Source of the DNA: Eledone cirrhosa
Lineage: Eukaryota
Length of the DNA: 64,000 bases
Direction of reading: 5' to 3'
Assembly: GCA_964016885.1 (NCBI GenBank)
Contig: OZ024742.1
Coordinates: 201,686,001 to 201,750,000, forward strand
The translations under genes were made by a program, and so were the position numbers. The notes beneath the pieces were generated by a model. That model saw nothing but the letters and a program-made list of their open reading frames with translations, was not told the DNA's origin and ran no database searches. Of the stretch, positions 13,644-27,038 are shown piece by piece. Each line of letters starts with the position of its first letter. Position 1 is the first letter of the stretch.

Positions 13644-13778
13644 CCCGGGGAAGATGGTTGGATAACATCCATGAGCCTGACTGGTCACGCTTGGAGATCC
13701 AGCCGGATCAGCTGGAGAGGGTTGCTTGTGACAGGACCCACTGGAGGGAGTGTTTGAGGACTCTTCCTCCACGACGCT
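13644..13778 (-). CDS. Candidate internal exon of an unidentified host gene (45 codons, SVVEEESSNTPSSGSCHKQPSPADPAGSPSVTSQAHGCYPTIFPG)
   Basis: GC-rich island in AT-rich DNA, preceded on the minus strand by a long pyrimidine tract and AG, followed by GTGAAT. 135 bp, open in phase 0. No recognisable domain. Confidence 0.3.
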
Positions 13779-13799
13779 CTTAGGAACAAGTGTGCGACG

Positions 13800-14170
13800 A
13801 GGAGGAAGAAGAAGAAGAAGAAGAAGAAAAAGAAGAAGAAGAAGAAGAAGAAGAAGAAGAGGGGGAAGGGGGAGAAGAGGAGGAGGAGGAGGATGAGGAG
13901 GAGAGGATGAGGAGGAGAAGGAGAAGAAGAAGAAGAAGAAGAAGAAGAAGAAGAAGAAGAAGAAGAAGAAGAAGAAGAAGAAGAAAAGAAGAAGAAGAAG
14001 AAGAGGGGAGGAGGAAGAGGAGGAGGAGGAAGATGAGGAGGGGGAGGGAGGAGGAGGAGGAGGATGGAGGATGAGGATGAGGATGAGGATGAGGAGGAGG
14101 AGGAGGAGGAGGAGGAGAAGAAGAAGAAGAAGAAGAAGAAGAAGAAGAAGAAGAAGAAGAAGAAGAAGAT
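13800..14170. repeat. Compound (GAA)n/(GGA)n polypurine tract
   Basis: Direct inspection. Confidence 0.95.
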
Positions 14171-14611
14171 TCCTTAGATAGAATGAATTTGAGGAATTGT
14201 CTTCACATGTGTCCCAGCTCGTAAGATGTTTACCAAAAGACTGGTATCCTACCAACTTACCATTTCAGCGAGCGAAGTGAGTTTATAGCTAACTCTATAA
14301 AGTCAAACAAAAATATGAAGTTAACTTAAATGGCCAGTCATGTTTGTAAAGCAGATTCAACAACAAATAAAGGCAAAGGAAAGTTTTTATATATTTACAG
14401 CGTTCTTCATTCTCAAATTTCATATGCCTTTACTGATTTCAGTCATTAGACTAGAACATCACTTTAATTATGTCGGGCATATCATCCAACATATCAAAAC
14501 CAGTACTGATTTTTTTCAATTATGGTACCTACTTTATTGATCACTTTTTGTTGAATCACTAAATCACAGGATATAAACACAGATACTAACGCAAATACAC
14601 ACACACACACA

Positions 14612-14710
<99 letters not shown>

Positions 14711-14747
14711 ACACATATATATATATATTTATATATATATATATATG

Positions 14748-14855
14748 AAGGCGTGTGGCTGAGTGGCTAGATAATTTGATTCACAATCTTGAAGTTGTGA
14801 GTTCGATTCCTGGATGCGTTATGTCCTTGAGCAAGACACTTTATTTCACGTTGTT
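14748..14855 (+). mobile_element. Second SINE family: tRNA-like head with CORE-like segment
   Basis: GGCGTGTGGCTGAGTGG (A box), GAGTTCGATTCC (B box), then TGTCCTTGAGCAAGACACTT. Confidence 0.6.
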
Positions 14856-15521
14856 CCTTCTACCTGGAGCTGCAACCGATAGATAGTATTAGCAACTGGA
14901 AAGACTGACGAAAACATTTGACGAAAGTCGATCGATAAAAAAAAAAAAAAAAATAATACATATATACATGTGTGTGTGTGATAAAGAAATGGGTGATGTG
15001 TTGGTGTAATGGTAGCTCAGTGGTCTAGATAACCAAAGATGTGGGTTCGATTCATTTTTTCCCATTTCTTTTGTCAAAAATACGGCGAAAGCTTCTATTT
15101 CTATTTTCAAACACGTTCGCTGTTTCAAAACAAACTTACTTATATATATTTATATATATATATATAAGAACGATATATATATATAAGAACGATTTCAGTA
15201 GATACCATCCTAAGTACTAAGGTTGTTATGTAAAATGTCTAATGCAGTACACGCTTTCGACAGAGAGACGGACGAATTCAGTGTTTCACCTATCAGAGTC
15301 TATCCTCTTTATATAGAGAGAGAGAGTTTCGCTCTACAAATTCCACTCACATACACTTTCACCAGACAGCAAATAGGATTGATTCATTACGGCTTAGATA
15401 CCTGTAACAAATCGATCGTAGAATCAGGGCTGATTTGTATCAAAACGAATAAATATAACTGTTCCTCCATAACTTATTCTTAACGTTCTGACCCTATAAA
15501 ATCACATTAGCCACACATTAT

Positions 15522-15614
15522 GACTTTGCCTTTCATCCTTACGGGGTCGATAAAATAAAGTACCAGTAATGCACTGGGTATTTGCTGGCGTTGTGCCTAA
15601 AGTAGAAACAATTA
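15522..15614 (+). mobile_element. 3' half of the main SINE family
   Basis: GACTTTGCCTTTCATCCTTACGGGGTCG...GTAGAAACAATTA. Confidence 0.8.
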
Positions 15615-16026
15615 TTGAAAAGTACAAAACAGCACCATGATTACCTTAAAAAACTGAAGTCTTTATTCAAAGGCTGCAAGTCATCACAACGTTGAGTTGA
15701 AAAGTAATGGAACAATAGATATCTTAAATTAACAAATATAATCTTGGATGTTTTCTACTAAAGTATTACAAGGAGTTGAATATTTCTTATACATGGATTT
15801 TCATATAAAAATCATGCAGTTACTCCTATCTACGACGCTGTTATGATATTTGATTCTCAGCATTTCTGTTGCCTCATGTTAAGAGCATAAGAATATATTG
15901 ACAATTGTGACTTCGTCATATACACTGATATATTTCATAGCCAATGTATGTTAAACCTCTCGTCTATGTAACGCATCAATATACAGAATAATCGAAACGA
16001 CACACATATGCACACACACACACACT

Positions 16027-16060
<34 letters not shown>

Positions 16061-16080
16061 AGTAGTTCTACGAATGATTG

Positions 16081-16113
<33 letters not shown>

Positions 16114-16503
16114 CATATATATATACACACATATATATGTATATATATATATTTGTTAGTGTGAGTGACTGAAACTCTGTATGGGGATGTATGTGTCTAT
16201 GCATGATGGTTTGTATCTCACTAGAGCCATCCATATTTTCTTTATTCATACAATCCATCGGTAAATAATATCTCTTTCATTTTATGAGATAGTATAAAAC
16301 CTATTATTTTCAATGTGAACGATCTATATTCACCAACGCATACATGTACTAATATCCTCTATTTCTATAAGATCACGCACTCAACTAAAGATTTATTTCT
16401 GTCAATATGCCTTACAAGAGTATTTACAAGAAGGGTTGGTATTAAAACATATATAAAGTGTATAGGGATCTATAAATGTCTCTGTGGATGCACATAGTGT
16501 TGT

Positions 16504-16561
<58 letters not shown>

Positions 16562-16664
16562 TATTCTATATATATATACGTGTGTGTCTGTGTATGTGTG
16601 TAAAGTGTGTGTGTGTGTGTATTATATATATATATACATACATATATTATATATATACATATAT

Positions 16665-16761
<97 letters not shown>

Positions 16762-17205
16762 GTATGTATGTATGTTCTCGCATGCATAACATTTAAAATA
16801 TTTGACAAACATGGTGATAACATACAACATGTGAAATCGTACAAATTACTTATAATAATAATAAAAATTCTAATAATAATAAAATCATTGAAAATATTGG
16901 GAAATACGAAACATCCATTTTTTTCCTTCTGAAGAAATCCCATGTTTTATTTCAATTTATTCTTCGTTTGTTTGTATGTTGTCTGTTGTTTGTTTCATAA
17001 TCTCTATATCATTCATATGTTTTCTACAATAGCCTTTCGATCTAACTGCCTATAAACACACGCCTGAAGCTTTTGTAAACTTGTGGATGGAATATACACA
17101 AAATTCACAATTGAACACACACACACACAAACACACCCACCCACACACAGATATATATATATATATATGTAAATATGCATACATATGTGTATGTATATAT
17201 ATATA

Positions 17206-17257
<52 letters not shown>

Positions 17258-17404
17258 CACATATATATTATGCATATTTAGATATATATGTGTAATGTGT
17301 AACTCTTTCCCTCGCTCTATATATATACATATATATGTATATATACATATACACACATACATCTATGCATATTTATATATATATGTATAATGTCTAAAAG
17401 TATT

Positions 17405-17445
<41 letters not shown>

Positions 17446-17479
17446 TTGTGTGTGTTTGTGTATTTATCTCTATATATAT

Positions 17480-17549
<70 letters not shown>

Positions 17550-17551
17550 TT

Positions 17552-17605
<54 letters not shown>

Positions 17606-18239
17606 GTATGTAAAAGGTAAACAGAAATAGCAACACCACCGGTACAGTATACGGAAGGAATATATCTACGCTGTAGGAGCTTCAATATACGAATATAGTA
17701 ATATATTTGTTTGTTCCCATAGCCCTACCCCGTATCCTTCAAGCATTTCACCATCACCTCCATTAGCATTCCACTATTCCAATCATCTCTTGATATTTGA
17801 ATACTACAAATCACCAGTGAGATCGAAACTGTGGTCGGAACGAAAATCTAGCTACACCTGCTAGAAGTAGTAAATTTCTTTCAAACCATTTTCTACAGTC
17901 TTAGAAAAACGAATAGGTGAAAAAACATTTTTAACAGCCATTGGGTGACACTGTCCTGATTACACTATATATAGAAAAGTATAAATGGAATTCTTATCGC
18001 CTGGAAATCCATTGATTATAGATATGGAAATACTACAACCCGCCTATGTACTTGGCGTTTTTCCTTCTTTTATATCCTGAACTGGTCTGGCAGTATGTCG
18101 CTTTGGTCGAACTTTCAGTAGTAAAGACTTCGCTAAACACAGAGATGGATGGATGTAAATGGTATACTACTTCAACCAGTAATACTCCACGACCTAAGGA
18201 GAACATTCGGGATCGAAATAATTAGAATGCATTTAATAA

Positions 18240-19943
18240 CACTGGGCAACAAAAACATTATTCTGTTTGGTGCCTGGAATATTTCAACAATTTCATCAGT
18301 AATTCTGCCAGATGAATTCAGGACTAACTTCAGTCTTTCTCTATCAGGTCTAATTTTCTGACTATACCTTATAGAGTAAGTATCTTATTCATTAAAGAGA
18401 GCGTAACACAAAACAAAACAAAGTACAAATTAAAATTCAAAATTGAAAATGCATATTAGCAAAGAGTTTTGGCAGAACATTCAAGGAATAAATTTACGCT
18501 TCTTTCAGCATCATGAATATTGAGCAACAGGAGTATCTCGTTTTAAACGCCAGCAATAGTCTGCCAACATCACGGCGTCCCAATGTCCTTGGTACCGAGT
18601 TTCCATCTCCTTGATGTCCTGATGGAATCGCTCGCCTTGTTCAGCGCTAACATCTCCGAGATTTTCAGGAAAACGATCAAGATGACTGAACAGATAATGC
18701 ATTTTGATGCTCATATTCGCGCCAATATCACGAAAAGTTGATATCAAGTAGGTAACAAGGTCTTTATAGTTTTCACTTTTGTGTTTCCCAAGGAAAATTT
18801 GCACTACTTCTACAGCTGATGCTTCATTTTTCGCTCATCGTTTTCACGAAATTTTTGGCCCATCAAAAATTCCTGCTTTAAGTTTTTCAATCGTCAAGTC
18901 TGGAACTACACTGCAGATATACTTGAAGCACTCCCCATCTTTGTCAAGAGCTTTGACGAATTGCTTGATCAATCGGAGTTTGATGTGCAAAGGGGGGAAA
19001 ATGATATTTTCTCGTTCAACGAAAGGTTCTTACAATATATTGGCAGCTCTAACGATAAAAGGTTATATGGACGCCATTCTCTAGAAGATTCTTCTCTGTC
19101 AGCCAGGAAGCCAAAAGTTCTGCAGAATTTTTTTGGAGGTTTAAGTCACGAACTAGATCATTCAGCTCTACCTGGGAGAATAACTGAGGTAAAGTCTCAA
19201 CTGAAAAGTCTTGGTCTCTAGTGTCATCTCCAGGTGATGAATCTTCTTTGGTTGAGGGTAAAGTTATCTGAGGCAAGACATTAAAGACAGGAACAGGAAG
19301 CTCTTCACTGTATGGAATCGGTCTAATGGCAGAGGCAAGATTAGGATAGACAAGCGTTTGTCGATTTTCCCAGTTAATACCCTTCAAATTTAGGTTACAA
19401 AAATAGCAGTCGTCCACGTGATTATAGGGCTCCCGCGATACCATTGGTATAGCAAACCTCATACTTTTCCTTGTCCCTATAGTCCATTGTCGCAAATGTT
19501 CTGTACATAGTTTGCAGACAGTATGTGGTGCCCAATATTTATTGGTCTCCCAGCTTGACCCCAAAATATGCCATATACGCTCTTTCAACAAAATTAGTGA
19601 TGTTTTTAGATTTTCAGGTAATGTGTATTCTCCACAAACATAACAAAACACATTTGGAGAATTAACGCAACAATTACTTGGAGAGGACATCTTACTCATT
19701 TTCTATTGCTTAGTTCACCACAACATCTAAAATGTATGGAAAAAGAAAATAACTTAGAATTAGAATAAGGTAAGGAACACTGCGTACTGGACGTACACAC
19801 ATACATAGTGACTATAGGGATGTTCAATAACTTAAAAACTAGATCTGATAGGTCAGAGAGTAGGTTATATTTGGATTCGGGAGACCGATTTTGTATAGGA
19901 ATGATGTCTATTTCCTAAACACCAAAAACCTTGTAGACCAGTG
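18240..19943 (-). mobile_element. Chapaev3-like (CMC) DNA transposon, internally deleted
   Basis: Termini CACTGG...CCAGTG flanked by TAA on both sides (18237-18239 and 19944-19946). Imperfect subterminal inverted similarity (TTGGTG, CTATCAG.TCTA.TTTT). Transposase remnants lie inside. Confidence 0.75.
18482..19699 (-). pseudogene. Disrupted transposase (Chapaev3-like)
   Basis: N-terminal CCVNSPNVFCYVCG...WAPHTVC...EPYNHVDDCYFC; C-terminal FPPLHIKL...KAGIFDGP...HYLFSHLDRFPENLGDVSAEQGERFHQDI...RYQG.W...MLADYCW. Frameshifts are present and the central region after ITFYR (about 19055) appears deleted. Confidence 0.8.
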
Positions 19944-20103
19944 TAATAGATCTGTTCAATATGAATATATATAACATTAACCCCCCCCCCCTCCAAAAAA
20001 AAAACTATCACTACTACCTAACTATCTATCTCTCTAACTCTGCATCTGCACATCTCTCCAACTGCTCCCTCCCTGCGAATATATATATATATATATATAT
20101 ATA

Positions 20104-20376
20104 AGCAAATTATAAATGTAAACATGTAAGTATGTTTTTGAAACGGTGCGCGAGTTTGAAAATTAGAAATTAGAAATTATAAGCTTTCGCCGTATTTTAG
20201 ACTAAAGAAACTTCTAGCCTGATAGTGGGGTTTATAACCCTCAGATAAATGGAAAAAGATGAGTGTTGCTGTACGGCAACACTCATCTTTTTCCATTTCT
20301 CCGAGGGTTATAAACCCCACTATCAGGCTAGAAATTTCTTTAGTCTAAAATACGGTGAAAGCTTATAATTTCTAAT
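20104..20376 (-). mobile_element. Fold-back insert: ~208-bp palindrome (20169-20376) plus ~65-bp tail, between (TA)n tracts
   Basis: Arms of about 100 bp with few mismatches around GTTGCTGTACGGCAAC. A related unpaired copy lies at about 15049-15140. Confidence 0.8.
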
Positions 20377-20653
20377 ATATATATATATATATATATATTA
20401 AAAATATATAGAAGACCATACGCTATCGGTTTTAAAGTAGTGACTATGCTATGTGTGCCAACCTAGCTATGTGTGCTTACACACTTTACAAATTATTCCC
20501 TGAGATTGTTTCATGTGTTTATTTTATATATATATGTGTCCATCTATTTCTAGTTGATATAACATGCTCGGATCTATTCATCGGAATCTTTGAGCTTATT
20601 CTGCAGTGAAAAGGGCGCATGTCTCTCAGACATGACAACCTTAATTTAATTTT

Positions 20654-20708
<55 letters not shown>

Positions 20709-21908
20709 CCCACAGACACATATATGCACACACACATATATTTTCATAAATTCACATAATTGTCATTGTCCCTATAAGTTCTTTTTGTCTTGTGTTTATA
20801 GCAACTTTCCCCTTCAGAGAAGCCTAATGTAGATTTAGTCGTCGTGGAACCGATAATGTAACAAATTGCAAAATTGTACTGAATTACATGTAACTAGTTG
20901 CACCCAAACAACTTAAGGCGTTTATAATATCCAACATCACGTGGTAAAGCTCTGTGAATATTCTATATGAAAAATTAAATAAATGAAAATAAAAAGTTTG
21001 TGTTTTGCGTATCTATATCTCGAGGGTGGTGGTGGTTTGTAATAATGGGAAACATTTGCCAGGAGCCAACACCCCATAAATAATATTCAAGTTAGGGCGA
21101 GAGAATATGTAATGCCTTCAACATAAATACAGTTCACATAGTATAAATGTATAAATATATAGAAATGTTTAGCAGAAGTTGAGCAATAACTTTAGTGATG
21201 AAGAAATATTTGCTGAGTTGTTGTTGGCCTGTGTATATCAATCCATATGTTCATTCCTTCCCTCACTTTTATTTCATGACTACACTTTTTCAAAATCTTT
21301 GAAATGGATGTGGTCGGAGATTTTGAGGTAAGTCCAAGGTATGTTTTGGAAGAAAAAACTAAAAAACAAAGGAAATTGACAATTCCAACCAATACTGGTA
21401 CAGCTAGCCTCACACGAGACTCTATCTCATTAGAAGTTACTTGGGTTTGTAACGTTAGTAATTCTAATCTTATCATGATGAGCAAGGTGAAATAAAGAGT
21501 TTTGCCCCAAAACGCACATGTCGTTGTTCAGAAATCGAACAAAGACTTTATGAACGTAAACCCTACGTGTAACTATGTTGTCACGCGCTTTCACGAAATT
21601 TGGAAGAAATAAAAATAAGTTGTAAGCAAAAATATAAATGACATGAACATACTTTATTGAAAACTAGAAAGTCTGTCATTCAAAATTGTAATAAAATAAT
21701 ATAACACGAAGAGGTTAGAATTGTGTCCAGAACTATAGAGAGAAGATAAACACGAAGAAATAACAGTTCCAGGAAAGATATGAATGGTACATTATCCGAT
21801 AAAGTTTAAAATTGTGGCATTTCAAATTTGTACTTCTATTTCATCTATAACTCTGTTCCTCTTTGTATACACACACATACTTACACACACATTAACATAC
21901 ACGCACAT

Positions 21909-22039
<131 letters not shown>

Positions 22040-22042
22040 ATA

Positions 22043-22267
<225 letters not shown>

Positions 22268-22532
22268 AAAACATGTCTATAGAATCATAAGATAAAATAT
22301 ATACCATTTCCTCTCCCAATTAGCATAAGTAATTATATAAAAAAATCGAATAGACCAAGCTATAAGAATGAGGCTTCTATGAAGAAATCTCCAACAAATA
22401 ACCGAAACTAGCCCTTCGCGTCGGCCGCAACGGAATATTTATCGAATATTTCGACAGCGTAATCGCCCAGATACAGTCAACTAAACAGAATTAGGTGTAA
22501 AATAAACTAGGAGAAATAGAATACATTTAAAT

Positions 22533-22620
22533 ACCTCTACCATGGTTTCATCCGCATTTTGAGTTTTCCAATAATTATGTAATAGTTATATAAACTCGAG
22601 CACCGGATTCATCAGGAGAT
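22533..22620 (-). ncRNA. Type I hammerhead ribozyme, intact core
   Basis: Minus strand: ATCTC-CTGATGA-ATCCG...CGGAT-GAAA-CCATGG-TA-GAGGT. Stem I 5 bp, extended stem II, palindromic stem III, GUA cleavage triplet. Confidence 0.88.
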
Positions 22621-23070
22621 TTGCTCTTATCTAGACACTACATTTTCTAAAGTGATCACGCCAAGAATTCATTCAAAATGGCTAAGAATCGATTTTTTAC
22701 ATAGTTAATTATTGGGAGAGGAAATGGTATATATTTTATCTTGTGATTCTATAGACATGTTTTATGATATATAGCTCTGATTATTTAATTTATTAATTTT
22801 TCATTGAGCCACAAAGTGACCCGTTGCAAAACACGTATATGTATATATATGTATATATATATATGTAAACTTTTATATGTAATAATCTCCCATTAGGTTG
22901 AGATACAAATTTGGCTGTATTGTGCTGTGCTTTCTAGCAAAAATGCCACCAGTCGTAAGCAACTACCACACCCCTTCAAACCTGACCGCGGCTACGTCAC
23001 GATTCTTAGCCATTTTGAATGAATTCTTGGCGCGATCACTTTGGAAAATTTAGTGTCTAGATAAGAGTAA

Positions 23071-23158
23071 ATCTCCTAATGAATCCGGCGCTCGAGTTTA
23101 TATAATTATTACATAATTATTGGAAAACTTAAAATTCGGATGAAACCATGGTAGAGGT
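23071..23158 (+). ncRNA. Type I hammerhead, core-mutated copy (CTAATGA)
   Basis: Same stems as 22533-22620 but with G5A in the catalytic core. Confidence 0.75.
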
Positions 23159-23548
23159 ATTTAAATGTATTCTATTTTCTCCTAGTTTATTTTACACCTA
23201 ATTCTGTTTAGTTGACTGTATCTGGGCGATTACGCTGTCGAAATATTCGATAAATATTCCGTTGCGGCCGACACGTAGGGCTAGTTTCGGTTATTTGTTG
23301 GAGATTTCTTCATAGAAGCCTCATTCTTATAGCCTGGTCTATTCGATTTTTTATATAGTTAATTATGCTAATTGGGAGAGGAAATGGTATATATTTTATC
23401 TTGTGATTCTATAGACATGTTTTATGATATATAGCTCTGATTATTTAATTTATTAATTATTCATTGAGCCATAAAGTGACCCGTTGCAAAACACGTATAT
23501 GTATATATATGTATATATATATATATATGTAAACTTTTATATATATAT

Positions 23549-23651
<103 letters not shown>

Positions 23652-23910
23652 TGAAAAAAGGAGGCGCACAGGACAGTGGAAGAAAACAACGAGAAGATAT
23701 ATAAATCTACATGTATGTATGTACACCCCTAAACCTTCTTAAATGAGATAATATACGGCAAAACTGAAAACTATATACGAAAAAGACCGCACTACCCGAA
23801 TAGATTCAATACTTCATATATTCTGGCTTACAAATTATCGTTACTTAGTTTTCTATTGTTAGGTGGACGATCTCAAAATGTCGGAATGACTAGCTGCGGA
23901 AATAATACCC

Positions 23911-23989
23911 CAGTGAAACGCGCGGTTTCGACGGGAAAATGTCGGGAGTTTAATATAGTTTTGTATATTACAACTCGTCCCTCGGACTG
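23911..23989 (-). ncRNA. Degenerate hammerhead-like motif
   Basis: Minus strand: CAGT-CCGAGG-GACGAG...CCCGTC-GAAA-CCGCGCGTT-TC-ACTG. Stems I and II are recognisable; core and stem III are damaged. Confidence 0.4.
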
Positions 23990-24016
23990 ATGTATCATGT
24001 TTTTACTAAATTACAG

Positions 24017-24375
<359 letters not shown>

Positions 24376-24391
24376 ATATATATATATATAT

Positions 24392-25102
24392 ATATACTAT
24401 AAAGTATGTCCATAGAATCATTTAATAATATATATACACCATTTCCTCTCCCAATTAGTATAATTAACCACACAAAAAATCAATTAAACCAGGCCATAAG
24501 ATTAAAAGTCACTTATGACGAAATAGTAGATAAATAAACGACAACAATCTATTCGCGACCAACCGCTATAGAATATTTACCCAACATTTCAATAGCACGT
24601 GGAAATCGATTAACTATACCGTCAACCATACACAATTAGGTATAACATTAAAGTTAGAAGAAACAATCATATACACATACCAAGATTACGCTTCTACCCT
24701 TAGGGCTTCGTTCGCTTTAGGAAATATCCTATTAAGGACAAAATCTCGAGCCTCGAACTCATCAGGAAAAAAACTCATTTGGACAAAGAATTTTCTTCAG
24801 TGATCCTCTCCAGAAACGAATTCAAAATGGCTAAGAACTGTGACGTGGCAGTGGTCAAGTCAGAAAGAATGTGATTGGTTGCTTACGGCGAGTGGGCTAG
24901 TTGCTAGAAAGCGCAGCCCAATATTGCCCAAATTGCATCTCAACCCTATGGGAGATTATCAAATATAAAGATTTACATATACACAAACTAGACAAAGTCA
25001 GAGATATATATGCTTTGGCAACCATTCACGATGTGGCTCAATGATGAATTAATAAATTAAATAATCAGAGCAATATACTATAAAGTATGTCCATAGAATC
25101 AT
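24392..25102 (-). mobile_element. Divergent subfamily of the non-coding HHR unit: one 681-bp monomer with 30-bp terminal redundancy
   Basis: ATATACTATAAAGTATGTCCATAGAATCAT at 24392-24421 and 25073-25102. Collinear by eye with the 660-bp unit. (TA)n flanks. Confidence 0.85.
24691..24769 (-). ncRNA. Type I hammerhead (GAAG instead of GAAA)
   Basis: Minus strand: TTTC-CTGATGA-GTTCG...CGAAC-GAAG-CCCTAAGGG-TA-GAAG. Confidence 0.75.
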
Positions 25103-25111
25103 ATATATATA

Positions 25112-26190
<1,079 letters not shown>

Positions 26191-26780
26191 TGAAAACCAG
26201 CAAGTGCATGTGTTTTTATTGGCAACATGACTCTCCCAAAGTATAGCAATATCTGTTTCAACACACGTTTTCAGATTAATTATATCTTATATTATATTAT
26301 TTTATTTTAGTTTATTTTATTTTATTTTATTTTATTTTATTTTATCTTATTTTATTATTATATTATATTATATTTTATTTTATATAATTTTAATTTTAAT
26401 TTTATTTTATTTTATTTTATTTCATTCCTTACCCTGTATCACTATTATCTGTATATTTTATATGTATGTCTTTTATATTTTCTTATATATATTATATGTC
26501 TATTTTTTACCTATTTTTCACCTATTTTTTATCTATTCTTACCTACTCCTATCTATCTTATCTATTCTTGTCTGTTCTCTTATCTATGTGTATGCTTGTA
26601 TGTAACTATATGCTGATAGCACCCCTTATTTTTCAATTATTTTTCAATGTTTATTTTTCAATGTTTATTTTTATTTTTACTTCCTCAATATGTTTTATAT
26701 TTTTTATCTTTTATTATTTTTTATTCTTTATTTCTTCAATGTCTTGGATTTGTTATTGCTTGTGTGATATGTAATCAACC

Positions 26781-26836
26781 TTTATGCTCTGATGAGTCCC
26801 ACTTATAGTGCGGATGAAACAATGTTAGCAAGTAAA
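26781..26836 (+). ncRNA. Minimal type I hammerhead in the 5' pseudo-LTR
   Basis: TGCT-CTGATGA-GTCC(CACTTATAGTG)CGGAT-GAAAC-AAT-GT-T-AGCA. Predicted cleavage after 26826. Confidence 0.82.
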
Positions 26837-27038
26837 GATATGCATATGCCATAGGCGTTCTTTGTTATTGATTATATCACGGCTCTGTCCTCAGACATCG
26901 AGCTAACCTTATACTGCCTGTTGGATAAGTGGAGTGTTATACACCCCTGATCCTCTCCCTAATATACTATACGGCTCCCACTGGTTGAGCTTAAACTTGA
27001 TATACGTGGATTTGTATCCTTGTATATTATCAGGCAGT

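Noticed and set aside
14900-14940. CTGACGA...GAAA spacing like a hammerhead
   Set aside because: No credible stem I or stem II pairing.
14997-15055. tRNA-like sequence with A and B boxes
   Set aside because: No complete cloverleaf; probably a SINE head remnant rather than a tRNA gene.
21192-21495. Overlapping 97-aa and 63-aa ORFs in unique sequence
   Set aside because: No recognisable motif or convincing splice signals; the lengths are expected by chance.
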